A stretch of DNA of 64,000 nucleotides from a virus, in the IMG/VR virus record IMGVR_UViG_3300029989_000006, one strand, 5' to 3'. Below are positions 1 to 9,053 of this stretch, in pieces. The translations under genes were made by a program, and so were the position numbers. Every line of letters begins with the position of its first letter. Position 1 is the stretch's first letter. The notes under the pieces were generated by a model, which did no database searches, was not told the DNA's origin, and saw only the letters and a program-made list of their open reading frames with translations.

Positions 1-5
1 CTCAG

Positions 6-260
6 ATGGAAAAACTGAGAATTAGATTTAAAAATGTAAAAGTATTTATGGATAATGATTTACCAGGTGTAAAAGCTGCACATAAATATAAGAAAAAATA
101 TGGTGTGCAATGCGTTTTTATTAGAAGAAAATATTCAAAAGATATTTCTGACCTATGTAAAAAGGTGAGCAGGACTGTATTTTGGACGATTATAGAGGAG
201 TTAAATAGCATTATGAAGAATGATGCAGTAAAAAATACTAAGCATTTTAAGGTATTTTAA
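6..260 (+). CDS. hypothetical basic protein
   Basis: 84-aa ATG..TAA ORF packed with downstream genes; no motif recognised. Confidence 0.55.
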   Translation: MEKLRIRFKNVKVFMDNDLPGVKAAHKYKKKYGVQCVFIRRKYSKDISDLCKKVSRTVFWTIIEELNSIMKNDAVKNTKHFKVF

Positions 261-270
261 GGTATTTTAA
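241..270. repeat. short tandem repeat (GGTATTTTAA x2 plus a degenerate copy)
   Basis: AGCATTTTAA GGTATTTTAA GGTATTTTAA directly before the ATG at 271. Confidence 0.7.
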
Positions 271-576
271 ATGAAAATTGATGAAGAAAAGATTATTACA
301 AATATTATTGAAAACTTTTTAGAAGATCAATTTAATTGTAATGATAGATTCGTTGCTAAAAATCTTCTTAAATTATTAAGAAATGATTTAAATGAATTCT
401 TATTAGATGCTCAATATAATGGACATCAAAATGTCTATAATGAAGGTTATGCTGATGGAGTTTTTGATGGAAAAGCCGAAGGATTTGATGAAGGTTTTAC
501 ACAAGGAGAAAATAGTGGAATAGATGAAGGGTTTGATCGAGGATATGAACAAGCTTTAAAAGATAATAGTATATAG
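271..576 (+). CDS. acidic protein with GxxxG repeats (FliH/Yae1-like repeat)
   Basis: EGYADGVFDGKAEGFDEGFTQGENSGIDEGFDRGYEQA period-4 Gly repeat. Confidence 0.7.
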   Translation: MKIDEEKIITNIIENFLEDQFNCNDRFVAKNLLKLLRNDLNEFLLDAQYNGHQNVYNEGYADGVFDGKAEGFDEGFTQGENSGIDEGFDRGYEQALKDNSI

Positions 577-584
577 GATTAATT

Positions 585-1082
585 ATGAATATTATTTTAG
601 ATGTTGATGATGTAGTTTTGAATTTTTATGGTGGATATGCAAAAAGATATAATTGCAGTATGCCAAAAAGGTGGAGTAATTCACAAAGAATGATAAATAG
701 ACTAGCAGAATTAAAAAAGGATAAATCATTTTGGATACATTTGGAAGCGAAACATATTCCAGATTTTATTCCATCACATTTTGTTTCTGCAAGATCTTTA
801 CCAGTATCCTGGACTATTGAGGCTTTAAAAAGGCATAATATTCCAGGCAGGAGTAAAGTAACTCATGTAGGATGGGGACAAAGTAAAATAGGCACATTAA
901 GAAGACTAGGTTGTGATATTTTTATTGATGATAAATGGCAAACTGTAAAAGAATGTAATGAGAATGGAATTTTCTGTTTATTAATGGATGCTTGTCATAA
1001 TCGGCATATTAAAACTAAATATCGTATTCATAATTTAGAACTTGATAATATTCTTTATTTATGGAGAAAATTAAAACAATGA
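585..1082 (+). CDS. HAD-superfamily 5'(3')-deoxyribonucleotidase-like protein
   Basis: Motif I ILDVDDVV and motif IV IFIDD; ends TGA immediately followed by TAA. Confidence 0.8.
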   Translation: MNIILDVDDVVLNFYGGYAKRYNCSMPKRWSNSQRMINRLAELKKDKSFWIHLEAKHIPDFIPSHFVSARSLPVSWTIEALKRHNIPGRSKVTHVGWGQSKIGTLRRLGCDIFIDDKWQTVKECNENGIFCLLMDACHNRHIKTKYRIHNLELDNILYLWRKLKQ

Positions 1083-1091
1083 TAAATAAGT

Positions 1092-1298
1092 ATGACGGTT
1101 TATGTAGTTACTAATCCTGAAAGTGGTTGGGATTGTGTTTGTGTAGTTTGTTTAACTATAGAATCTTTAGGAGATTTTTTAGATGAACGCATATTTGATA
1201 ATAAAGGAAATTGGGATAATATGACTGTTGAACAAATGCAAACTTGGATTGATGATTTAGGTCATCATTATATTATTCATGAAAAAAATGCATATTAA
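1092..1298 (+). CDS. hypothetical protein
   Basis: 68 aa; TAATG overlap with the next gene. Confidence 0.65.
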   Translation: MTVYVVTNPESGWDCVCVVCLTIESLGDFLDERIFDNKGNWDNMTVEQMQTWIDDLGHHYIIHEKNAY

Positions 1299-2320
1299 TG
1301 GCTGAAATAAAAATAATTCCTGAGACATTGGAATTAATTAAAATGTCTGATGAGGAATATTTTAGTGAGAAATATAGAGGCTATATTTCTAATTCAAGTT
1401 TAAGTAAAATTAATCCAGACGAAGGTGGATCACTTGAGAAATATTTAGCACCTTATAAACAAGAATATTCTGATTCTTTTGAGTTAGGTTCTGCATTGCA
1501 TGCAATGGTTTTACAACCTGATTCATTTATAATTTCAGATATAAGAAAACCTAATGCAAAATTAGGTATTTGGGCCGAAGAAGTTTTTAAGTTAAGGTCT
1601 CAAGGATTAACTTTAATAGAGTCTTTTAAACAAGCATCATTTAATGCAAATTATTATGCTGGAACTTTAAATGATAATAAATTAAAAGTTGCAATCAAGA
1701 AATCTTTGTCATTTTATCTTGGAAGAATGAAAGTAGAGGAAATATCTGGTATTAAAACATTATTTATTTCTGAACCAGTTGCTTTAAAATATGCAGAATG
1801 TATTGTTAGAGTAAAAGAAAATCAAAAAATTCATTATACTCTTAATCCAGAAGGACTTTTGGAAAAACCAACTGTATTTAATGAATATGCTATCTTTTGT
1901 GAAGCAGATTTTGTTAAAGATGATGATACAATAAAAAGAATAAAATTAAAAGGAAAGATTGATAATTTTACTCTTGATAGAGAAGAATGTGTAGTTACTT
2001 TAAATGATTTAAAAACTACTGGAAAACCACTTGGATTCTTTATGGGTAATTTGGTTAATCAGGAAGGTGAAGAAGTTTGGTATGATGGATCTTTTCAAAA
2101 ATACCATTATTATAGGCAGGTTGCTTTATATGGATGGTTGCTACAATCTGCATTAAAGCAGTTTTACAATATTAATTATCAATTAAAAGTAAATATGCTT
2201 GTGGTTGAGACAATCCCATATTTTAATGGTAAAATATTTGTTGTGAATGGTAACTTCATTAAAGAAGGATTAAAAGAACTTAAACAATTATTAACACTTG
2301 TAGTGGATGGAACAACTTGA
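1298..2320 (+). CDS. PD-(D/E)xK exonuclease (RecE/ExoVIII, DUF3799-like)
   Basis: ISNSSL, GSALHAMVLQP, KGKIDN, DLKTT, YYRQVALY motifs. Confidence 0.85.
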   Translation: MAEIKIIPETLELIKMSDEEYFSEKYRGYISNSSLSKINPDEGGSLEKYLAPYKQEYSDSFELGSALHAMVLQPDSFIISDIRKPNAKLGIWAEEVFKLRSQGLTLIESFKQASFNANYYAGTLNDNKLKVAIKKSLSFYLGRMKVEEISGIKTLFISEPVALKYAECIVRVKENQKIHYTLNPEGLLEKPTVFNEYAIFCEADFVKDDDTIKRIKLKGKIDNFTLDREECVVTLNDLKTTGKPLGFFMGNLVNQEGEEVWYDGSFQKYHYYRQVALYGWLLQSALKQFYNINYQLKVNMLVVETIPYFNGKIFVVNGNFIKEGLKELKQLLTLVVDGTT

Positions 2321-2672
2321 CTTGGATAAATTAAATTATGAACAGAAAAGTGCTTTACATAATAAAGTATTTTCATTGGGAGCTTTATTTTCTCATGAAC
2401 TTAATGATAAACTTATTCTAATTTCTCTAGTTGCTTTAGTTACACAACAAATGAGAAAAAAAGATAAAAATATTACTCCATTAAAAGTTTTAATGAGTAT
2501 TACACAACAAAAAGAAGATAATACTGCATTTTATCAATTTTTAGAATCTTTATCTATCTTAGTAGATGATTTATGTTATGGGAGTGATAAAATCGATCCT
2601 TGTGGATTTAAGACATCACAAGAGATTATTAATAAAATAAAAGAAATTTTAAGTACATGGCTACCCTTTTAG
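2307..2672 (+). CDS. hypothetical protein
   Basis: 121 aa; overlaps both neighbours. Confidence 0.7.
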   Translation: MEQLDLDKLNYEQKSALHNKVFSLGALFSHELNDKLILISLVALVTQQMRKKDKNITPLKVLMSITQQKEDNTAFYQFLESLSILVDDLCYGSDKIDPCGFKTSQEIINKIKEILSTWLPF

Positions 2673-3589
2673 AAGAAGGAAATATTTATTTTGTACATGA
2701 TGATGAAATAGAAGAAGATTTATCCCAGACTGAGGATACAGAAGTTATATCTATGTGGGTTAAAGATAGAGATTTCATTAGACCTACAACAGATATAACA
2801 TTATTAAAGAAAATAGAACCAGGAGTTTATACTGCAGAATATGATCGAAATATAGGTATATATTGTCGTAAAGTACCAAATACAACGGATGAACTATTTA
2901 TATTTTCAGATTCTTTGATAACCAATCTATTAGCAGAAATTGATTTATTTTGGAGTAAAAAAGAATTATATAAAAAAAATAATTTAATACACAAGCGGGG
3001 AATTTTATTAGAGGGATTTCCAGGAACCGGTAAAACTTCTATAATTACAATTATATGTAATAAGGTCATTAAAAATGGTGGTATTGTCTTTAAAATTAGT
3101 AATGATAAGAGCTTAAATGATTATTTATTATTTATGAAATCTGGTTTTAGAAAAATTGAGCCAGATACTCCTGTAATTACTATTATTGAGGATCTTGATT
3201 TTTATGAAGAAGTTGAGTCTGAATTACTTGATTTTCTTGATGGACAAACACATATTAATCATCATATTGTTTTAGCAACTACTAATAATTCAGAAGCTAT
3301 TCCAGATACTTTTCTAAGACCTAGTCGAATAGATCTTAGAATTGAGATAGAACTTCCTAATAAAATTATTAGAGAAGAATTTTTTAGATTCAAAAATGTT
3401 CCAGAAGCAGATATTAAACACTTGGTTAAAGAATCTGATGGATTTTCTTTAGCAGATTTAAAGGAGTTATATATTTGTATATATTTATTAGATTACCCTA
3501 CTAAAGATGCAGTTAAAAAAATCTCAAAACCAAGGGAAAAGATTAATTATTTACAAAGTCCATTGAATTCTGGAAATATTGGTTTATAG
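2657..3589 (+). CDS. AAA+ ATPase
   Basis: Walker A GFPGTGKT, Walker B IIEDLD, sensor ATTNN, Arg finger LRPSRID. Confidence 0.9.
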   Translation: MATLLEEGNIYFVHDDEIEEDLSQTEDTEVISMWVKDRDFIRPTTDITLLKKIEPGVYTAEYDRNIGIYCRKVPNTTDELFIFSDSLITNLLAEIDLFWSKKELYKKNNLIHKRGILLEGFPGTGKTSIITIICNKVIKNGGIVFKISNDKSLNDYLLFMKSGFRKIEPDTPVITIIEDLDFYEEVESELLDFLDGQTHINHHIVLATTNNSEAIPDTFLRPSRIDLRIEIELPNKIIREEFFRFKNVPEADIKHLVKESDGFSLADLKELYICIYLLDYPTKDAVKKISKPREKINYLQSPLNSGNIGL

Positions 3590-3590
3590 T

Positions 3591-3677
3591 AACTCTAATT
3601 TTTATATTAATAAATTCTTATTGAGTTTTTATTAATATAATGAGTTTTAAATATTAATTTTATTACAAACTCTAATT
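3591..3677. repeat. AT-rich inverted and direct repeat element
   Basis: Perfect 13-bp arms TTATATTAATAAA (3602-3614) / TTTATTAATATAA (3628-3640); outer AACTC/GAGTT; AACTCTAATT at 3591 and 3668. Confidence 0.65.
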
Positions 3678-3713
3678 AATTACATTTTAAGCAATTTTAT
3701 AAAAAATATTGTG

Positions 3714-3721
3714 TAAATTTG
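3714..3721 (+). promoter_or_regulatory. Bacteroidota-type -7 promoter box (TAnnTTTG)
   Basis: TAAATTTG(CA) in the intergenic region upstream of 3796; no clear -33 TTTG. Confidence 0.6.
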
Positions 3722-3795
3722 CACTATAATTAGATGAAGAAATACATAGATAATTAAACTTATAGATAATAAAAATATATATTTTAAAAAATAAA

Positions 3796-4380
3796 ATGAT
3801 TATGAAAAATGTAGAATCACAAGGTTACAGCAAAGAAAAAGCTTTAGAAGCATCAGGTTTAGAAATTGAATTAGAGCGTATGAAAAATGCGACTCAGGCA
3901 TGGAAAAAAGACGGTTCTCCAATGGGAACAAAGGCACTTAATTTGTTTATGGCAAATTACATGAAGAAAAATAAAGTTGCCGGAGCTTATTTGGTTATCG
4001 AACCAGCATCTGATGATACTAGACTTCGTCCTTATTCTGTAATTAATGAAGTTACTACTGGTAAACGTAAAGCTACAACAACTTACCAAATTAAGGAAGC
4101 TGAATTGAAAGTTAAACACGTAAAAACTGTTAATGAAGAAGGTGAAGAAAAAGAAGTTCCTGTTGTTACAGTAGTTAATACTGGAGCAGTAGAAGGAAGA
4201 GCAGGAAAAAAAGATTCCGCTTTCAAATTAATGAAAGAATTGATTGAGGCTAACAACAAAAATTATGTTGTTGAGATCGTTAAAGAAATCACTGATGGAC
4301 AGAAATATGCTGGCTATGGTCTGTATACTCCATCAAAATCAGCTAAATTGGGGAAATTTAATTTCTTTGTAGTTGACTAA
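3796..4380 (+). CDS. hypothetical protein, monocistronic and probably highly expressed
   Basis: 194 aa between a promoter box and a terminator; uses more C-ending codons (TAC, ATC, TTC, AAC) than its neighbours. Confidence 0.8.
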   Translation: MIMKNVESQGYSKEKALEASGLEIELERMKNATQAWKKDGSPMGTKALNLFMANYMKKNKVAGAYLVIEPASDDTRLRPYSVINEVTTGKRKATTTYQIKEAELKVKHVKTVNEEGEEKEVPVVTVVNTGAVEGRAGKKDSAFKLMKELIEANNKNYVVEIVKEITDGQKYAGYGLYTPSKSAKLGKFNFFVVD

Positions 4381-4400
4381 TTAGATATAATATCTGAATT

Positions 4401-4439
4401 TAAGCCAACAGTTATTTTAACTGTTGGCTTATTTTTTTT
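4401..4439 (+). terminator. Rho-independent terminator
   Basis: TAAGCCAACAGTTA-TTT-TAACTGTTGGCTTA followed by T8. Confidence 0.9.
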
Positions 4440-4486
4440 GTATTTTAATAACAACAAGTAAAGGTGTAACAACTAATAAAAATTGA

Positions 4487-5815
4487 ATGGATAGTACAAC
4501 AACACATGATACCCTTCTAGATGATAGAATGAATGAACGTAGTCTAGGAACTGCAGTAAGGGACACAAATGGAAAAATTATTAGATATGATTATAAGATT
4601 TTAAACCATGATGCGCCTGCATTAGAAGGTTCATTTACACTCGATGAGATGAATTTAATTTATAAATTATATTCATTTTCAGGGGCAAATTTAGATAGAA
4701 GAACTGTATCAAGAGAATTTGATTTAATTATTTTTAATGATTTTATTCGAATTTTGCCTGCATTTCAAATTACAAAGAAATGTCCTCCTTTTGCTCCTCA
4801 TATTTCAGAGATGTATACGATAGATGAATTAGTTGCAATTGGTAGACAAACTAAAGAGAATCAATACTTTAAAAAGATTGAGCAGGATAATAATAAATTA
4901 GATCAAATTCGTGTTCAACAATTACTTAAAGAAAATTTTGAATTAAAAGAAGTTATTAGAGAAGCAGAAAGTTTTCCAGGTTTAAATTTTGAACCTATTG
5001 AATTTGTTTCTTGTCAAAATGCATCAGAAAATACTCTTTTAGTTTATTTATCAGATATGCATATTGGTGCACATAACTCTGGTGAAGGTGTTTATGATAA
5101 TCCTTATTCTGAGGAAGAAGTAACTAGAAGATTACAAAAAGTATTTTATAAAATTTCACAATATAAAAACGTAGATAAAGTAATTATTGTTAATCTAGGT
5201 GATGCAATTGATGGTTATAATGCAAGTACAACTAGACCAAGTTCTAATCATGTATTGCCACAAAATATGACTAATAGACAACAAGGAGAAACCTTTGTTA
5301 GAGTTGTTACAAATTTCTTTCATAATATTATTAAGAATATTAACTGTAATGAAATACAGTTTTATTCTGTATGTGAATCAAATCATGGTGGTGATTTTGA
5401 AGCTGCTTGGGTAAATGGCTTAATTTGTGTTCTGGATATGATGGGAGTTAAATGTCATTTTGCAAGAAAACCAATTGAATATTTCAATGTAAATAATAGA
5501 ACTTTTATTTATACCCATGGTAAAGATAATCTTAATCAATTTAAAAATTTGCCATTAACCTTAGACCAAAAAGCTGAAGCATATCTAAATGAGTTTATTG
5601 ATAGAAGTGATATTAGAGGAAAGATATCTGTAATTAAGGGTGATTTACATCAATCTGCAATTACTAAAGGTAAGAAATTCACTTATCATTCCTGTGCTTC
5701 ATTATTTGGAAGTTCTCATTGGATTCATGCAAATTTTGGGTTTACTGCTTGGGGATGTGATTATGCAATCCTAGATAAAGATGGTAATATTATAAATGGA
5801 TTAATTGAAGACTGA
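4487..5815 (+). CDS. calcineurin-like metallophosphoesterase with N-terminal extension
   Basis: SDMHIG, NLGDAIDG, SNHGG, THG, GDLHQ motifs. Confidence 0.85.
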   Translation: MDSTTTHDTLLDDRMNERSLGTAVRDTNGKIIRYDYKILNHDAPALEGSFTLDEMNLIYKLYSFSGANLDRRTVSREFDLIIFNDFIRILPAFQITKKCPPFAPHISEMYTIDELVAIGRQTKENQYFKKIEQDNNKLDQIRVQQLLKENFELKEVIREAESFPGLNFEPIEFVSCQNASENTLLVYLSDMHIGAHNSGEGVYDNPYSEEEVTRRLQKVFYKISQYKNVDKVIIVNLGDAIDGYNASTTRPSSNHVLPQNMTNRQQGETFVRVVTNFFHNIIKNINCNEIQFYSVCESNHGGDFEAAWVNGLICVLDMMGVKCHFARKPIEYFNVNNRTFIYTHGKDNLNQFKNLPLTLDQKAEAYLNEFIDRSDIRGKISVIKGDLHQSAITKGKKFTYHSCASLFGSSHWIHANFGFTAWGCDYAILDKDGNIINGLIED

Positions 5816-6165
5816 TGGCGATAACATATCATGCTTTTAGGACATATGATTACAAAGGAGGAGAATTAGTATCAGAGATAAATTTATTTAGACCTGGACT
5901 AATTAGTGAATTAATACATTATATATTAATTTCCTTTTTAGAAGATGTTGATTATGGAGATATTGATGTAGATGATGAGGCTGCTATAAATAGATTTGAA
6001 GTAGAATACCTTAGTAGAGAAGAATGTTTTGAAGAAGTAGAAGATTTTATTGCCGATTATGATCGAACATTAATTATGTATAAATGTGAAGGTAATATAC
6101 TTGAAGAAATTTATTTAGATAGACAATTGTGGAATGAAATGGTTGAAGAATATTTAAATGAGTGA
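5815..6165 (+). CDS. acidic hypothetical protein
   Basis: 116 aa, D/E-rich; overlapping start/stop. Confidence 0.7.
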   Translation: MAITYHAFRTYDYKGGELVSEINLFRPGLISELIHYILISFLEDVDYGDIDVDDEAAINRFEVEYLSREECFEEVEDFIADYDRTLIMYKCEGNILEEIYLDRQLWNEMVEEYLNE

Positions 6166-6925
6166 AAACGGAATAACTCTTAAGGAGTTATTAAAAGGTA
6201 AATCTACAATGATTAAGAATAAGGAATTTTTTCCTACTCGTAATTATGTTGAACCTTTTATTGATAGAATGTCCAAATTTACACAAGACTTTCGTTTTGA
6301 TGTAAAGTTACCTGATCAAATGACTGGTAATAAAGAACATACAGATATAACATATAATAGAGTATTAATACAAGCTGTTTTACCTGAATCTCATATGATT
6401 GATAATCATGATGAGGTGATAGGATTTCTGTATGGTATTGATGTAAAGAAACCAGTGGTTAAGATTTACAAAGGACATTTAAATAGGGCTTGCACAAATT
6501 TATGTGTATTCAATCCATCATGGATTAATGTTCAGGAATTAATTCCTGGAGATCCGATTAATTTTAATCCAATTAGTGAATTATTAGAAATGCAGAGTGA
6601 TTTTGCATTAAGACTAAAATCATTAAAAGATACTTATATCAACAGAGATGATAGACGTAGGTATCTTGGGGAATGGGTGGATTATGCTCTTAGAGAATCA
6701 CAAGATTATGGATTTGGTAAAGTTAAGTTGGCGGTAAGTACTCCGATTGATGCGTATAAAGAATTATTTATAAATCAAGAAAGTGAGTATTATGTACCAA
6801 TGGGAATTGATCCAAGTTTATTTGATATATATAACAGTTTTACTCAAATTATCAATGATGATCGCAAAGATCTGATGAATAAATTTGAAAAGACAATAAT
6901 TATTAATAGGCTATTAGGAATATAA
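6158..6925 (+). CDS. DUF932/DUF945-like protein
   Basis: 255 aa; NRACTNL motif and C-terminal SLFDIYNSFTQ resemble this family. Confidence 0.6.
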   Translation: MSENGITLKELLKGKSTMIKNKEFFPTRNYVEPFIDRMSKFTQDFRFDVKLPDQMTGNKEHTDITYNRVLIQAVLPESHMIDNHDEVIGFLYGIDVKKPVVKIYKGHLNRACTNLCVFNPSWINVQELIPGDPINFNPISELLEMQSDFALRLKSLKDTYINRDDRRRYLGEWVDYALRESQDYGFGKVKLAVSTPIDAYKELFINQESEYYVPMGIDPSLFDIYNSFTQIINDDRKDLMNKFEKTIIINRLLGI

Positions 6926-7248
6926 TGGAAGAAAGAGAAAATTTTAGTATTCTTGATTTATTTATACAAAAAGATCAAGAGGATTATTTTTTAGATAATT
7001 TTTATGCATATGAAAATATAGAAGATCAGGATGGAAATCTGTTATTTGAGTTCATTGAAATGACTATATTAGATTTTGATTTAGAAGATAGTTATAGTAA
7101 ACAAAGAGTTATTTACAGAAGAGTTTACGATAATAAATTCTTTGAATTTACTTATGCAAGATTTTATGATGGTCCTGAATTTGAAGAAGAAGGATGGGTT
7201 TTCTTTGAAGTATTTCCTCAAGAAAAATTAATTATTGAATATGTCTAA
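6925..7248 (+). CDS. acidic hypothetical protein
   Basis: 107 aa, E/D/F/Y-rich; TAATG coupling. Confidence 0.7.
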   Translation: MEERENFSILDLFIQKDQEDYFLDNFYAYENIEDQDGNLLFEFIEMTILDFDLEDSYSKQRVIYRRVYDNKFFEFTYARFYDGPEFEEEGWVFFEVFPQEKLIIEYV

Positions 7249-8602
7249 TAGTTTTCAACTTGGAGGGGATCAACTTCTTGCAATTGAAACTGTTAAAAAA
7301 TTCTTAAAATCTTCCGATATTGCTATATCTATTTCTGGTTTTGCTGGTACTGGTAAAAGTACTATAACCAAAGAAATAGTGAATTATTTAAACGATGAAT
7401 ATATTTCTTATGTATTATGTGCACCTACTCATATTGCTAAGTTAGTCTTAGAGCAATTTACTGAAGAGGAAGGGATTACATTACATAAATTACTCGCATT
7501 AACCCCTGATATTGAGATCCTTAACTTAGACTTTAAGGATCTCAAATTCTTAACAAATAATAAAATAAGTTTATTTCCTGCAAAAGGTGTTGTTATTTGT
7601 GATGAATCATCAATGGTTAATGATGAATTATTTGATCTACTGATTATGAAAGCCCACGAATATTTTGCAAAGATAATATTCGTGGGTGATGAAAAACAGC
7701 TTAGACCAGTAACTGCGTTAACTCATTCAAAAGTATTTAATTTACCTAATAAAATAACACTGAATAAAATCTATCGACAATCTTCTGAAAGTGGCTTAGT
7801 TCCAATACTTCCAGTTTTAAGGGAAAGAATTATAGATAGATTTTATGATTCTATTGGAACAAAAGGTTCTCTTACTTGTCATACAGATATGAGAGACTTT
7901 TTTTCTAAAATTATACCAGCATTTAGAATTGCAATTGAAAATAAGGATATTTTAGAGACAAAAGTATTAGCTTATACAAATGATAGAGTCGGTGTATTTA
8001 ATAGAAAAGTAAAAGAGATTATATTTGGTTTAGAGAATGAGTACAGTAAATCTGAATTTTTAACTTGTTATGAAAATCTGGAATTTAATAATATGAATTT
8101 TTGGAACTCAATGACATATATTGTTGTTAGTGATCCAGTTAAGATTAGTATTGAAATTCCATATTTTATGTCATTGCCAGGTTATAGATTAAATTTATAT
8201 GATGCGGCAAATGATGTAACTGGATATGTCTGTATTTTAAGTAAGTATATTTCAAAAGAGTATCTTGATTCTTTATGTTTTGTAATTGAATCTACTAGAT
8301 TAGATGCAATTGAATTAAAACGAAGAAGATCAAGAGATGCTTCAAAAAGATGGAGGCAATATTATGAAATCATAAATAGTTTTGCTTCACCAATGGATTT
8401 ATATTTTGATAATAGGTTGATTAGAAAGAAATCATTTGATTATGGTTATGCTTGCACAATCCATAAGGCACAAGGCCAGACGATGAATGACGTATTCATA
8501 GATATGAAGAATGTTTCAATTTGTAGAGATCCAGATGAATTAAGACAGCTACAATATGTATCTGTATCTAGAGCTAAAAATAACGTATTTATATATCAAT
8601 AA
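7241..8602 (+). CDS. dda: SF1B DNA helicase (Dda/RecD-like)
   Basis: GFAGTGKS, CAPTH, CDESSM, VGDEKQLRPV, YRQ, YACTIHKAQG, YVSVSRA; ATG at 7241. Confidence 0.9.
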   Translation: MSNSFQLGGDQLLAIETVKKFLKSSDIAISISGFAGTGKSTITKEIVNYLNDEYISYVLCAPTHIAKLVLEQFTEEEGITLHKLLALTPDIEILNLDFKDLKFLTNNKISLFPAKGVVICDESSMVNDELFDLLIMKAHEYFAKIIFVGDEKQLRPVTALTHSKVFNLPNKITLNKIYRQSSESGLVPILPVLRERIIDRFYDSIGTKGSLTCHTDMRDFFSKIIPAFRIAIENKDILETKVLAYTNDRVGVFNRKVKEIIFGLENEYSKSEFLTCYENLEFNNMNFWNSMTYIVVSDPVKISIEIPYFMSLPGYRLNLYDAANDVTGYVCILSKYISKEYLDSLCFVIESTRLDAIELKRRRSRDASKRWRQYYEIINSFASPMDLYFDNRLIRKKSFDYGYACTIHKAQGQTMNDVFIDMKNVSICRDPDELRQLQYVSVSRAKNNVFIYQ

Positions 8603-8880
8603 TGAAGATAATTAAAGTCATATATGACAGTAATTGTAAGTTTATTTTAGATATAATAAATAATTTACCTAATAAAAGAATCTTTATTGAGACTTATAAT
8701 TATGAGAGTAAGGCTGAACAAAAAACTGCAAGAGGAATTTTAACTCGTTTTGGAACTAAGAATTTACCATTAATAGTTTTTGAAGATGAGAATTTAGTAG
8801 AATATAACGCTATTTGGAGTGAAAGAAATCCAAATTGGGAAGAAGAAATTAATAAAATACTTAATGATGAAAACTCTTAA
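8602..8880 (+). CDS. thioredoxin/glutaredoxin-like protein lacking the first Cys of CxxC
   Basis: 92 aa; KVIYDSNC...NLPLIVF pattern; near the RNR gene. Confidence 0.45.
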   Translation: MKIIKVIYDSNCKFILDIINNLPNKRIFIETYNYESKAEQKTARGILTRFGTKNLPLIVFEDENLVEYNAIWSERNPNWEEEINKILNDENS

Positions 8881-9052
8881 AGGTTATTTTTATATTAATA
8901 CAGGTTATATAGGTTCTCAAAGAGAAGAATCCTTTAATATTACAGTAGATGACAGTGTGTCAGGTGATTCTATATTAGAAGAAATGTTTGATAATTTTAT
9001 GTATAATATAGATAAAGGATGGATAATTGAAGAAGAAAATATAATTGATTAA
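8864..9052 (+). CDS. small acidic hypothetical protein
   Basis: ATG at 8864/8867 within the 8819..9052 ORF. Confidence 0.6.
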   Translation: MMKTLKGYFYINTGYIGSQREESFNITVDDSVSGDSILEEMFDNFMYNIDKGWIIEEENIID

Positions 9053-9053
9053 T

